Positions 16,021 through 25,624 of a DNA stretch of 64,000 nt are shown in pieces. The stretch's first letter is position 1. Each line of letters starts with the position of its first letter. A model generated the notes under the pieces. That model did no database searches and was not told where the DNA came from. It worked only from the letters and a program-made list of their open reading frames with translations. A program made the translations under genes and the position numbers. The stretch is from an uncultured Solirubrobacterales bacterium (GTDB lineage: Bacteria; Actinomycetota; Thermoleophilia; Solirubrobacterales; JACPNS01): contig CAKZMQ010000025.1 of the NCBI GenBank assembly GCA_937128795.1, positions 245 through 64,244 on the forward strand, given 5' to 3'.

Positions 16021-18471
16021 ATGCGGCGCGTTGGTTTCTGGCTCAAGTGGTCGCTGCGGGATCTGCGGCGGCGGTGGTTGCAGGTGGTTGCGACTGCGTT
16101 GGTGATGGCGATTGGCGTGGCGGTCTTTGCCGGGCTCGGTGGGCTGAGGGGATTCCGCGAGGACTCGGCGACCGCCAGCTTCGCGTTCCAGAAGCTCCAC
16201 GACATCCGCGTCTCGATGGCCGACGACGACTTCGCGCGGGAGGGCGAGTTGGCGCAGGCGGTGCGCAGCGCAGGCGCCGAACTCGCCGACGCGCCGGTGG
16301 TTCAAGAACGCCTACTCGCGCCCACCCAGATCGACGGTCGACCCGCCGGCAACGACGAGGTGCTCACGCCCGGCCTGCTGATCGGCGTTCCGGTCGCGGG
16401 TGACGGGCTCGGAGCCGTCGACACACTCAACATCGATGCTGGCCAGTCGCTCAAACCAGCAGACGACGGCAAGCCCGTCGCCGTGCTCGACGCCAGCTAC
16501 GCCAAGTTCTACGAGCTCCCCGAGTCCGGCACGCTGGAGCTGGCCGGTGGATCGCAGATCGAGTACGTCGGCCAGGGGCAGTCGCCGCAGTACTTCCTGA
16601 TCACTTCTGAATCTGGCCTCGGCGGCGAGTCGACGCTCGGCGTTCTCTACGCGCCGCTCAAAACCGTGCAGGGCCTTGCGCGCAAACCCGGCGCGGTCAA
16701 CGAGGCCGAGATCCGCCTGGCCGAGGGCGTGGATCCGGTCGCCGCGAAGCAGGCGCTCGAAGAATCCCTCAAGACCACCGTGCCCGGCGCCAGCGTCACG
16801 CTCGGCTCCGAGGAGCAGGCATACACGATCCTCTACCGCGACGCCAAGAACGACCAGCGCATGTTCGGCTTCTTCGGACTGCTCGTTTTGCTCGGGGCGG
16901 CGATCGCTGCCTTCAACCTGGTCAGTCGGGCCGTCGAGGCCGAGCGGCGCGAGATCGGCGTGGGCATGGCTCTGGGCTCGCCACCTTCGCGGTTGGCGAT
17001 CCGGCCGCTTATGCTCGGTCTGGAGATCGCGGTACTCGGCACGCTGATCGGCGGGGCGCTCGCGATCTGGATCTCCGGTGCCTTCGCAGAAGTGTTCAAG
17101 TCCTACCTGCCGCTGTCGGTCTGGACCGATCCGTTCAGCATCGAGACCTTCCTGCCGGCCGCGATGATCGCCTTCCTGATCCCCTTCCTCGCGATCATCT
17201 GGCCGGTCTGGCGCGCGGTGCGGGTGCAACCCGTCGAGGCGATCCGCGTCAACGATCGCTCGGCGCAGGGCGGGATGGTACGCGCGGCGACGCGAGTCCA
17301 CTTGCCCGGCGGATCGATCGCTCAGATGCCCTGGCGCAACACATCGCGCACTCCTCGCCGCACCCTACTGGCGGTGGTCGGCCTGGCCGCGGTGCTCGGC
17401 GCGATGGTTGCGCTGCTCGGGATTATCGACAGCTTCAACACGACGATCGACCGCAACCGCAGCGAGCTGGCCGGTAATGAACCGTCGCGATTGAACGTCA
17501 CGCTCGACGGAGTGCACCCGGCGAGCTCGGCAGCGGTTCGATCGATCGAGGAGACTTCTGGCGTGGAGCGCGTGACGCCGCGGCTCGACATCCCGACCGA
17601 GCTCGGCGCGCCCGGTCAAGAATCGATCGTCTCGGTCGTCAGCATCGCGCCGACCACCACCGGCGTCTGGCAACCGACCTATTCAGAGGGGCGGGCACCG
17701 CAGGGCGCGAGCGAGATAGCGATCGCGCCGAAGGCCGCCGAGGACCTCGGCGTCAAGGTGGGCGACGAGGTGACGATCCGCGCCGCCGGGCGAACTGCCG
17801 AGGGGGAGACGACCGAGCAAGAGCTGACGCTTACGGTGAGCGGCCTGACCAGCGATCCCTTCCGGGTCTTCTCGTTCGCCACACCCGCGTTGGCCGAGCG
17901 GCTCGGGCTGGCGGGCGCGACCAACGTCCTGTCGGTCATTCCCGACCCCGGCGCTCAAGTCGGCGATCTCCAGCGTGCGCTCGCATCGGTCAGCCCAATC
18001 GTCGTTACCACTCGATCCGTCACGGCCGACGCGGACTCGTTGGCCGACCAGGTCAACCAGTTCAGCGCGATAATCCAGGTCGCGGCATTCGCGGTGTTCA
18101 TGCTCGCCGTGCTTATGTCGTTCAACCTCGCGTCGATTTCATTGGAGGAGCGCCGCCGCGAGTTTGCCACGATGTTCGCCTACGGGATGCCCGTGCGCCG
18201 CGGTCTCGGCGTCGCCGCCGGCGAAAACCTGATCATCGGCTTGCTGGGCACCGCGCTGGGCATCTTGATCGGAATGCTCACGGTCGGCTGGATGATCACA
18301 TCGCTGTTCGCCGACACCTGGCCCGAGATCGGCATGATCAGGCACCTCTCACCGACCACGATCCTCACTGCCTTCATCGCCGGCGTGCTGGCGGTGACGA
18401 TCACGCCGCTGATGCTGGTGCGGCGGTTGACGGGGATGGATGTGCCTTCTACTTTGCGGGTTGTGGAGTGA
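16021..18471 (+). CDS. ABC transporter permease, FtsX-like (two FtsX domains)
   Basis: 816 aa with two repeats of large extracytoplasmic segments followed by FtsX-type TM bundles. It lies immediately downstream of the ATPase gene. Confidence 0.85.
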   Translation: MRRVGFWLKWSLRDLRRRWLQVVATALVMAIGVAVFAGLGGLRGFREDSATASFAFQKLHDIRVSMADDDFAREGELAQAVRSAGAELADAPVVQERLLAPTQIDGRPAGNDEVLTPGLLIGVPVAGDGLGAVDTLNIDAGQSLKPADDGKPVAVLDASYAKFYELPESGTLELAGGSQIEYVGQGQSPQYFLITSESGLGGESTLGVLYAPLKTVQGLARKPGAVNEAEIRLAEGVDPVAAKQALEESLKTTVPGASVTLGSEEQAYTILYRDAKNDQRMFGFFGLLVLLGAAIAAFNLVSRAVEAERREIGVGMALGSPPSRLAIRPLMLGLEIAVLGTLIGGALAIWISGAFAEVFKSYLPLSVWTDPFSIETFLPAAMIAFLIPFLAIIWPVWRAVRVQPVEAIRVNDRSAQGGMVRAATRVHLPGGSIAQMPWRNTSRTPRRTLLAVVGLAAVLGAMVALLGIIDSFNTTIDRNRSELAGNEPSRLNVTLDGVHPASSAAVRSIEETSGVERVTPRLDIPTELGAPGQESIVSVVSIAPTTTGVWQPTYSEGRAPQGASEIAIAPKAAEDLGVKVGDEVTIRAAGRTAEGETTEQELTLTVSGLTSDPFRVFSFATPALAERLGLAGATNVLSVIPDPGAQVGDLQRALASVSPIVVTTRSVTADADSLADQVNQFSAIIQVAAFAVFMLAVLMSFNLASISLEERRREFATMFAYGMPVRRGLGVAAGENLIIGLLGTALGILIGMLTVGWMITSLFADTWPEIGMIRHLSPTTILTAFIAGVLAVTITPLMLVRRLTGMDVPSTLRVVE

Positions 18472-18531
18472 GGTTTCGCGTAGCCACGCGAGTCGTCGCA
18501 GCGCGCCGCGCCCATCAGTAGGCTCGCGAGC

Positions 18532-18978
18532 ATGTCTCTATGCTTCTGCGGCTGCGGCGAAGAATTCGGAATCACCAAGCGCAAGCAGCGCCGGGCGAGT
18601 GAGACTGGGGCTGAAGCCACTCGTCTGCTCGACGAGTTCATCCGTTGTTACCCGCCCTGGCTTGACGCCGGTCGGCCGGGATTCGAGGCGCTCCCGCCAC
18701 CACCGGACGCACCCTCACCCGAGGAGTTCGTGGCCGAGATGACCGACGAGGGCGAGTCGCTGAAACGCGACTGCCTGGCGGTGGCGCACGGGATGCCCGA
18801 TGCGTCGTTGCCGCACAAGCGCGAAGTCGAGCAGTGGATGTTTTTGACCCAGCAGCACGTGAACATCGCGCGGATGCCGCTCGAGTCGCGACAGCGCGTG
18901 GCGACTGCCTTGAACAGCGGCGGCCCCCAAGAGATCTTTGACGCCTTCCAAGAGGGCGAGAAGGCGATTCGGTCGTAG
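18532..18978 (+). CDS. Hypothetical protein (N-terminal CFCGCG motif)
   Basis: 148-aa ORF with coding-like codon usage. No family recognised. Confidence 0.5.
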   Translation: MSLCFCGCGEEFGITKRKQRRASETGAEATRLLDEFIRCYPPWLDAGRPGFEALPPPPDAPSPEEFVAEMTDEGESLKRDCLAVAHGMPDASLPHKREVEQWMFLTQQHVNIARMPLESRQRVATALNSGGPQEIFDAFQEGEKAIRS

Positions 18979-19041
18979 GCCCGGCATATTCGGCTCAAGC
19001 TCGACTAATAGGCGGCGGCGAGCTCGCGTCTGAACTGTTTC

Positions 19042-19296
19042 TTGTCCGTCGCAAAATCGTTTGAAACATGTCTTGAATCGCAACACGCCGCTCGGTTGAC
19101 TGGAGGCATGTTCAACATTGATGACTTCAACGACGACGCTGGCACGTTCCACATTGTCGGCAACCCATTCGGCGGCGGCATGCCGACCCAGCGCGAGGCA
19201 ACGCTCGAGGACTGCGTCGACGACTGCCCGATGTGCCAGATGTTGCGTGCGCAGATCCTCGCCGGCAATCCGCCGCAGATCATGGCGTTCGAGTGA
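19042..19296 (+). CDS. Small hypothetical protein with a C-x3-C-x2-C motif
   Basis: 84-aa ORF with a TTG start. An alternative ATG lies at 19108. No family recognised. Confidence 0.35.
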   Translation: MSVAKSFETCLESQHAARLTGGMFNIDDFNDDAGTFHIVGNPFGGGMPTQREATLEDCVDDCPMCQMLRAQILAGNPPQIMAFE

Positions 19297-19346
19297 CTCC
19301 GACGCAGTCCGATGCGAACGGCGATCCTGACGTGTATAAATGGTGT

Positions 19347-19577
19347 ATGGGAAGAACACGCACGAATATTGAAATCGATGACGAAAACGTCAAGACGATC
19401 CAAGATCGTTACGGCTTGAAGACGAAAACCGAAGCGGTGGGCCTTGCACTTAGACATCTAGCGGGCCGTCGGATGAGCAAGGAAGAGGCGCTTGGGATGT
19501 GGGGCGCGAACGCAATCGGCGAAATCCCCGAGGACGTTTGGCCGCACCTCGACGAGGATCAAGACGAGAACAGTTGA
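19347..19577 (+). CDS. vapB: Type II antitoxin, VapB family
   Basis: MGRTRTNIEIDDENVKTIQDRYGLKTKTEAVGLALRHL is the typical VapB N-terminus. TATAAA lies 6 nt upstream of the ATG, which suggests a leaderless mRNA. Confidence 0.8.
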   Translation: MGRTRTNIEIDDENVKTIQDRYGLKTKTEAVGLALRHLAGRRMSKEEALGMWGANAIGEIPEDVWPHLDEDQDENS

Positions 19578-19987
19578 TCCTCGTCGATACATCCGCATGG
19601 ATTGAGTTCGATCGCGGAATCAACAGCACCGTTGGCAAGCGCGTAGCCGAACTGATCGCAGTCGGGGAAGGAATTGCAGTCACCGAGCCAGTTCTGATGG
19701 AGGTGTTGATCGGTGCCCGAAACGCTTCGAGAGAAGCCGATCTGCGCGATCTACTTCGCAACAATGAGTTCTTGCCGTTTGACTGCGTCGCGGACTTTGA
19801 CTCTGCGGTTCAGATCTACCGGAAATGCCGCGGCGCAGGAGTGATGCCAAGCGGACCGGTCGACTGCATGATCGCTGCAGTCGCTCTCCGTTTCGGTGTG
19901 TCGATCCTCAGCCATGATGCGGACTTGGTGCGAATCGCGAAAGTGGTCGGGTTGCAGGTGGACACTGCATCGATCGAAATCGACTAG
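19574..19987 (+). CDS. vapC: Type II toxin, PIN-domain ribonuclease VapC
   Basis: The TTG start overlaps the vapB stop (TTGA). Contains LVDTSAWIEFDRG...EPVLMEV...DCMIAAVA...SHDAD, which supplies the PIN acidic residues. Confidence 0.85.
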   Translation: MILVDTSAWIEFDRGINSTVGKRVAELIAVGEGIAVTEPVLMEVLIGARNASREADLRDLLRNNEFLPFDCVADFDSAVQIYRKCRGAGVMPSGPVDCMIAAVALRFGVSILSHDADLVRIAKVVGLQVDTASIEID

Positions 19988-20023
19988 CCGACGCCAACGT
20001 TCGATTCCTGATTAGATGGCCGA

Positions 20024-21841
20024 GTGAGGCATCGTGTCACACGAGCGCTCACGACATCGGGGATTGTCTGTGGGATTGGGATGACGGCGGTTTTGCTCGC
20101 CTTCGTCGTCGCAACCAGTACGGCTCACGCCGCGACGATCGGCTCGATCACTCAGCTCGCTGGCACCGCTGGCTGCACCACTGACCCCTCCACCCCCGTC
20201 GCTGGCTGTGGCACGGCTCGCGCGCTCGGCGGCGTGTCTCCCTTCTTCGGATCGCACTCGGTCGCGCTGAGTCCCGACGGCAAAAACGCCTACGCCGCGT
20301 CGTTCACGAGCGACGCGATCGCGGTGTTCGATCGCAGTTCCCGCACCGGCGCGCTCACGCAAAAATCTGGACGCTCCGGTTGCGTGGCCCTCACGCCCTC
20401 CGCCGGGTGTGCGATCGGGCGGGGATTGATCAGGCCGACCTCGGTCGCAGTCAGCCCCGATGGCAGGTCCGTCTACGCCGCGTCGATCATCGCCAATTCC
20501 GTCGCCGTCTTCGAACGCAACCGCAGAACGGGTTCGCTGCGGCAGAAGCGCGGCAGCGCGGGGTGCGTCGCCAACCAGGCCATCGAGAACTGCGCGATCG
20601 GCCGCGCGCTCGCGGGCGCAGACGTGGTCGCGGTCAGTCCGGACAACAAGTCCGTCTATGTCGGCACCTTCGAGAGCGACGGCGTCGCCAGCTTCACGCG
20701 CAACCGCGCGACCGGCGCGATCACGCAGAAGGCCGGCACTGCGGGCTGCATCGTCGAGACGCCGCTCAGCGGCTGCGCCACCGGCCGCGCGCTCAACGGC
20801 GCCGAGGGTATGACAATCAGCCCTGACGGCAAGTCCGTCTACGTCGGCGCGGCGATCGGCAACGGCGTCGCGGTACTGCGCCGCAATACGTCGACCGGCA
20901 ACCTCTCGCAGACCGCCGGTGCAACCGGTTGCTGGGCGTTCCAGGCCGCCTATGGCTGTTCCGAGGGCCACGGCCTCGTCGGCGCGGACTCGATGCAGGT
21001 CAGCCCGGACAACAAACACCTTTACGTCGCGTCGGGTGTCGGCAAATCGATCGCCGCCTTCCGACGCAACCGCAGCACTGGCTCGATCGCGCAGCTCCGC
21101 GGCGTCGCCGGTTGTTACGCGCAGGCCGCGCACACGCTCGGCCGCTGCGTGACCGGTGTGCAGCTCGACACCCCGGAGGGGATCGTGGTCAGCCCCGATG
21201 GCAACAGCGTGTACGTCGGCTCGTTCTTCAGCAACGCGGTCGCCGTCTTCGACCGCGTTGCCTTTACCGGCACACTCACGCAGCGCGCCGGCCCGAACGG
21301 CTGCGTCGTCGATCCCGCCACCAGCGGTTGCAACACCGGGCGCGCACTGCTCGGTGCCAACGGTTTGGCGATCAGCGCGGATGGGCGACGGCTCTACGTC
21401 GGTGCAGCCAACAGCAGCGCGATCTCCGTCTTCTCGCGATCGGTACCGCCGCCCGGCAACGTGAAGGTCAGCGTCCCCAGCCGCGTACGGGTCGCGATCG
21501 GCAGCAGCGTCAGCGTGCCGGTTTCGTGCAGGGGGTCGAAGAACCGCCTCTGTCCCGGCGGCATCTCGCTCGCGCAGGCCTCGAGCAGCACTGCTCGCGC
21601 TGCGGCTCGGCGTGGCGGCTCATTCAGCATTCCGAGTGGCCAGCGCCGCAACGTCTCGATCGCGATCCCCTCGTCATTGATCCGCGCGTTGCGGTCGAGC
21701 GGATCGGTTCGCGCAGTCGCCTCACTGCGCGTCGTCCTACCGAACGGGAAGATCCGCAACACGCGGCAGACCATCCTGCTGATCGCGGCCACACCCGGCT
21801 TCACCGGCAGCAACCCCTTCGACCGAAAGCGAACGCCATGA
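20024..21841 (+). CDS. Secreted beta-propeller repeat protein (lactonase/YVTN-like repeats)
   Basis: Signal peptide ending AHA-A. It has about ten repeats of SPDGxxVYxxxxxxxxxAVFxRNxxTGxLxQxxGxxGC, and a basic C-terminal tail module. Confidence 0.75.
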   Translation: MRHRVTRALTTSGIVCGIGMTAVLLAFVVATSTAHAATIGSITQLAGTAGCTTDPSTPVAGCGTARALGGVSPFFGSHSVALSPDGKNAYAASFTSDAIAVFDRSSRTGALTQKSGRSGCVALTPSAGCAIGRGLIRPTSVAVSPDGRSVYAASIIANSVAVFERNRRTGSLRQKRGSAGCVANQAIENCAIGRALAGADVVAVSPDNKSVYVGTFESDGVASFTRNRATGAITQKAGTAGCIVETPLSGCATGRALNGAEGMTISPDGKSVYVGAAIGNGVAVLRRNTSTGNLSQTAGATGCWAFQAAYGCSEGHGLVGADSMQVSPDNKHLYVASGVGKSIAAFRRNRSTGSIAQLRGVAGCYAQAAHTLGRCVTGVQLDTPEGIVVSPDGNSVYVGSFFSNAVAVFDRVAFTGTLTQRAGPNGCVVDPATSGCNTGRALLGANGLAISADGRRLYVGAANSSAISVFSRSVPPPGNVKVSVPSRVRVAIGSSVSVPVSCRGSKNRLCPGGISLAQASSSTARAAARRGGSFSIPSGQRRNVSIAIPSSLIRALRSSGSVRAVASLRVVLPNGKIRNTRQTILLIAATPGFTGSNPFDRKRTP

Positions 21842-23484
21842 CTGACCGCAACAGGGACGGCGACCACGACAAGCGCGGCCTGACCCGTTCCGACCTGCTC
21901 AAGCGCGCCGCCGCGCTTGTGCCAGCAGTGGCGCTCGCCCGCTACGAGGACGCGATCGCGCAGATAGCTCGCGCCTCGGCCGTTGGTTCATCGAACGACC
22001 TACGCGGCATGAACGTCGTCCTCTTCATCACCGACCAGAACCGCGCGATCCAAAACTTCCCGCGCGGTTGGTCGAAGAAGAACCTGCCGGGGTTGGAGCG
22101 ACTCAAGCGCAACGGGCTCGAATTCCAGAACGCATTCACCAACGCCTGCATGTGCTCACCGGCGCGCTCGACGATGGCGACAGGCTTCTTCCCCGCGCAG
22201 ACCGGTGTGCGTTACACGCTCGAGGAGGACATGCCCGCCGACCAGTACCCGCAGGTCGAGACGCCGATCGACTTCGCGAACTTCGCGTCTGTGATGATGG
22301 CGGCCGGGTACAACGTCAGCTGGAAGGGTAAGTGGCACCTCAGCAAGCCGGCCGGAGAGCTCTGGGCGCCGAACGACGTCGCCGAGTACGGCTACGCGCA
22401 CTGGAATCCGCAGGACGCGGGCGCCAACCAGGATCCGCCGCAGGCCGGCGGCGGCACCTACAACAACGACGGTCGCTACATGAACCAGAAGGGCCCGGTG
22501 CGCAAGGGTCAGCAGGGCGTGCTGCAGTACGTCGACTCGCAGGCCGCCAAGGAGCAGCCGTTCTTTTTGGTCGTGTCACTGGTCAACCCGCACGACGTGT
22601 TGATGTACCCGAAGAGCCTGACCGAGGCCGGCTACGGAGACGAATGGCTGGTCGGCGACGTGCAACTGCCGGTGACCGTCAACGAAGACCTCTCGACCAA
22701 ACCGAAGGTGCAGGCCGAGTTCCTCAAACTTTTCGGCGCCGCCAGCGGGTTCCTGAAGGATGATCAGGAGAAGCTCAACTACATCAACTTCTACGCGAAC
22801 TTGATGAAGTCGTCGGACCGCCACCTGGTCAACCTGCTCAACCGCCTCGAGCGCAACAAACTGCTCGACAACACGCTGGTGATCGCCACCGCCGACCACG
22901 GTGAGATGGGCGTCGCCCATGGTGGTCTGCGCCAGAAGAACTTCAACTTCTACGAGGAGTCGATCAAGGTGCCGCTGGTCTACTCCAACCCCAAATTGTT
23001 CCCGAGGCCGAAGCGGACCAAGGCACTCGTCTCGCACGTCGACTTCCTACCGACGCTCGCCTCGCTGTTCAAGGCGCCCAAAGCCGCGCGCACGAACTGG
23101 CAGGGCGTGGACTATTCGAAGAAGGTGCTCAAACCGTCGTCGAAGGCGCCGCAGGATTACATCGTCTTCACCTACGACGATTTCCAGTCCGGCCAGGCGC
23201 GCGGCCCATATCTGCCGCCGCCCAACCACATTGTCAGCGTGCGCGAGGCGCGCTGGAAGTTGGCCGAGTACTTTGACATCGAGGGCAAGGTCGCCAGCGA
23301 ATGGGAGATGTACGACCTCAAGACCGACCCCAAAGAAACGACCAATCTCGCCTGGCCGGGCTACACCCGCACGGCCGCGCAGGAGAAGCAGTTCCAGCGG
23401 CTGCAGAAGAAACTGGCGCGGATCAAGCGGACGCGGCTCAAGCCGTTGCCGAACACCCCGGTGCCGCAGACAGCTCCTACTTGA
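21838..23484 (+). CDS. Sulfatase (Cys-type, formylglycine-dependent), Tat-like signal
   Basis: The ATG overlaps the upstream stop (ATGA). Contains the CMCSPARST (C-x-P-x-R) motif and LTRSDLLKRAAAL at the N-terminus. The track ORF 20929.. is an in-frame artefactual extension over the propeller gene. Confidence 0.85.
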   Translation: MTDRNRDGDHDKRGLTRSDLLKRAAALVPAVALARYEDAIAQIARASAVGSSNDLRGMNVVLFITDQNRAIQNFPRGWSKKNLPGLERLKRNGLEFQNAFTNACMCSPARSTMATGFFPAQTGVRYTLEEDMPADQYPQVETPIDFANFASVMMAAGYNVSWKGKWHLSKPAGELWAPNDVAEYGYAHWNPQDAGANQDPPQAGGGTYNNDGRYMNQKGPVRKGQQGVLQYVDSQAAKEQPFFLVVSLVNPHDVLMYPKSLTEAGYGDEWLVGDVQLPVTVNEDLSTKPKVQAEFLKLFGAASGFLKDDQEKLNYINFYANLMKSSDRHLVNLLNRLERNKLLDNTLVIATADHGEMGVAHGGLRQKNFNFYEESIKVPLVYSNPKLFPRPKRTKALVSHVDFLPTLASLFKAPKAARTNWQGVDYSKKVLKPSSKAPQDYIVFTYDDFQSGQARGPYLPPPNHIVSVREARWKLAEYFDIEGKVASEWEMYDLKTDPKETTNLAWPGYTRTAAQEKQFQRLQKKLARIKRTRLKPLPNTPVPQTAPT

Positions 23485-23544
23485 CGCGCGGGCACTGATT
23501 ACGGCGACGGCTGATGTCTTCGCCGGTGCCACTACCTTCGACCG

Positions 23545-24438
23545 ATGCGTAGATTGTTGACACTCCTCTGCGCGGTCCTGGTGGCTGCGCTTGCACAGAA
23601 CGTCGCGACAGCCTCCGCCGCGCTCGACCAGATTGACTGCATCGACGGCGGGGCGATCCCGTTCACCATCGACGCATTGCAGCAGCCCGCGAACGCGGAG
23701 GCGGGCGCATCGTCGGAGGCCGCTGCGCTGCGCGCCGTTCTGGCGAGCAATCCAGCGGCCGCCGGGCTGCCCGCGACGGGCTGGTTCGTGCTCGCTCGCA
23801 AGACCGTGGATGCCAACGACTATGTACGGTTCGGCAATGGACAACTGACCACGCTCAAGAGCCTTTTGTTGTTTCGAGTTGCGGGTGGCCCGTGGCGGCT
23901 GCATCCAACATTCGCCAAGAGTTGTGTGCTGCGGAAGTTGCACATTGACGGGCGCCCGTCCACGCCGTGGAACGTCGTTCCCAGGCGCATTCCGATGAGT
24001 CGCAACTCCCGCAGCGTGTGGATCCAGATGACGGAGACTGGATGCGCCAGCGGTCAGCCGGCCGGCGATCGCGCGTCGGTGCCGATCATCGAGTACACGC
24101 GGACGCAGATCACTCTTGTTGCACGCATAGAAAAGCCTTCGGGCACGCAGCTGTGCACGGAGAACCCGCCGACTTACGTAAAGGTGAAGCTCAAGCAGCG
24201 AGTCGGCGGTCGCGCCTTGGTCGATGGCGGCTCGGCACCCGCGAACTCCCGTCTCAGCCGAAAGCAACTCAAGCGGATTCGACAGCGGCGCAACCGCACG
24301 AGCGTCCTGACGTTCACGCGTTCTCAGCAGGAGGTGTGTCTCGACCTCGCCGACGGCGAGGTGACGATTCCCGGGCTGCGACTGAACAAGAAGCAGCGCA
24401 AGCGGATCGAGGTTCTCAGTTCTCGGTGCCCGTCATGA
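23545..24438 (+). CDS. Secreted hypothetical protein
   Basis: Signal peptide MRRLLTLLCAVLVAALAQNVATASA and a Lys/Arg-rich C-terminus. No family recognised. Confidence 0.55.
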   Translation: MRRLLTLLCAVLVAALAQNVATASAALDQIDCIDGGAIPFTIDALQQPANAEAGASSEAAALRAVLASNPAAAGLPATGWFVLARKTVDANDYVRFGNGQLTTLKSLLLFRVAGGPWRLHPTFAKSCVLRKLHIDGRPSTPWNVVPRRIPMSRNSRSVWIQMTETGCASGQPAGDRASVPIIEYTRTQITLVARIEKPSGTQLCTENPPTYVKVKLKQRVGGRALVDGGSAPANSRLSRKQLKRIRQRRNRTSVLTFTRSQQEVCLDLADGEVTIPGLRLNKKQRKRIEVLSSRCPS

Positions 24439-24987
24439 CCGGCTGGCCCGGGCAATAGCAGCGAACCGCTTGGTTCGATCGTCACGCTTGCCGGCGAGCA
24501 CTCCCAGCCACGCGGCGATTTCATCGGTCTTGAGCTCGGGCATCGTCAGCACTACCTGCTCAATGTCGATCCAATCCTTAGGCCGGTCGAACAGCGCCTT
24601 GCAGACGAGCAGGTGCTCCGGCGAGAGCACCTGAATCGTCGTCTCGCCGAATGGCTGCCTGCGTGTGTGCTGCGCCATTGCTTCGTGAAAGTCGACGTTG
24701 GCCATGAACAGGTCGACCGGTGTGCGGCCCCACGTCAGGCGGCACTGGCCGTCGCGCTCGAGTGCGGAGCGATCGACAGCGGTGTCGATGCCGAGGACTG
24801 CAAGGTTCTTGGCGACGCGTTCGAAATCCACGGCCGGCAGAAAGACGTTGAGATCGATGTCGATCGTTGCGCGCGGCGTCGCGTAGTAGGCCAGCGCGAT
24901 CGCGCCGCCGAATGCAAACGGGATCTTTCCCTTCTCAAGCGATTCAGCGAGTTCGATGACCTTGCCGGGTAGCGTCGGCTCGGGCAC
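24433..24987 (-). CDS. Nucleotidyltransferase-fold protein (DUF2204/AbiEii-like pattern)
   Basis: FAFGGAIALAYYATPRATIDIDLNV fits the GG...R-x-T-x-D-x-D NTase motif. It lies 4 nt downstream of its partner ORF. Confidence 0.6.
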   Translation of the reverse strand: MPEPTLPGKVIELAESLEKGKIPFAFGGAIALAYYATPRATIDIDLNVFLPAVDFERVAKNLAVLGIDTAVDRSALERDGQCRLTWGRTPVDLFMANVDFHEAMAQHTRRQPFGETTIQVLSPEHLLVCKALFDRPKDWIDIEQVVLTMPELKTDEIAAWLGVLAGKRDDRTKRFAAIARASRS

Positions 24988-24991
24988 GGGC

Positions 24992-25465
24992 TCAGATGCT
25001 TCCGGCTGGGATCACCGGGAATGTCAACGGCGATGGCTTGGCGCTCGAGGGGATTGCGTCGCCGAGGAGCATAAGGTCGACCAACTCGGCGCCGCGCTGC
25101 TCGGCAGACTTACCGACGTGACCGAGAGCTTCCTCGGTTGCGGGAGATTGCTTGCCGGTGGCCAGTGCGTCTTGGAGCAGCCGGCACAGACCCGGCGCCA
25201 AGGAGTGGCCATCGCCGAGTGCTCTGAGGAGCGCGGCGGCGGAGGAGTCCGCTGGAGCCGACTCGACCGGCGCCCCTACGCGCCGCGCAGCCTCGATGAT
25301 CGCGCCCTCGTCGAATTTGTTCTCGGCGCGGCTCTTGGCGAGCGCGAGGTGAGAGCGGTCGAGCGATGCGAATGTCGCCAGCGTTCGCGAGCGCGGGCCA
25401 GCGGGCGTCACGCGTGATTCGCGGATCTCCCATCGGCCGGGTCGGCTCTGCTTCAGGTAGGCCAT
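24992..25465 (-). CDS. Hypothetical protein, upstream partner of the NTase-fold gene
   Basis: ATG at 25465 (MAYLKQSRPGRWEIRE...). TAGAAT lies 7 nt upstream on the minus strand, which suggests a leaderless start. An alternative GTG lies at 25483. Confidence 0.5.
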   Translation of the reverse strand: MAYLKQSRPGRWEIRESRVTPAGPRSRTLATFASLDRSHLALAKSRAENKFDEGAIIEAARRVGAPVESAPADSSAAALLRALGDGHSLAPGLCRLLQDALATGKQSPATEEALGHVGKSAEQRGAELVDLMLLGDAIPSSAKPSPLTFPVIPAGSI

Positions 25466-25488
25466 AGTGGGTATTCTAACCACTATGG
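25462..25488 (-). promoter_or_regulatory. Palindrome CCATAGTGG-N9-CCACTATGG bracketing a TAGAAT -10 box and overlapping the start codon
   Basis: Read directly from the sequence. The geometry fits an autoregulatory operator on a leaderless promoter. Confidence 0.5.
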
Positions 25489-25624
25489 TCGATCAGCGTG
25501 TTGATCGCGTGGTCGGAGACCGGCACCCACCGCCGTCTCAACTGGCACAATGGCCGGACCAGAGAAAGGAGGTGGTCCGACTGAATCACATGTATTGCGG
25601 GACGCTGGAGGTGCGGGAACGCTA

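Noticed and set aside
20929-21837. N-terminal 303 codons of track ORF 20929..23484 (851 aa).
   Set aside because: This part lies entirely inside the beta-propeller gene in another frame and has a Arg/Pro-rich junk composition. The sulfatase starts at ATG 21838 with a Tat-like signal.
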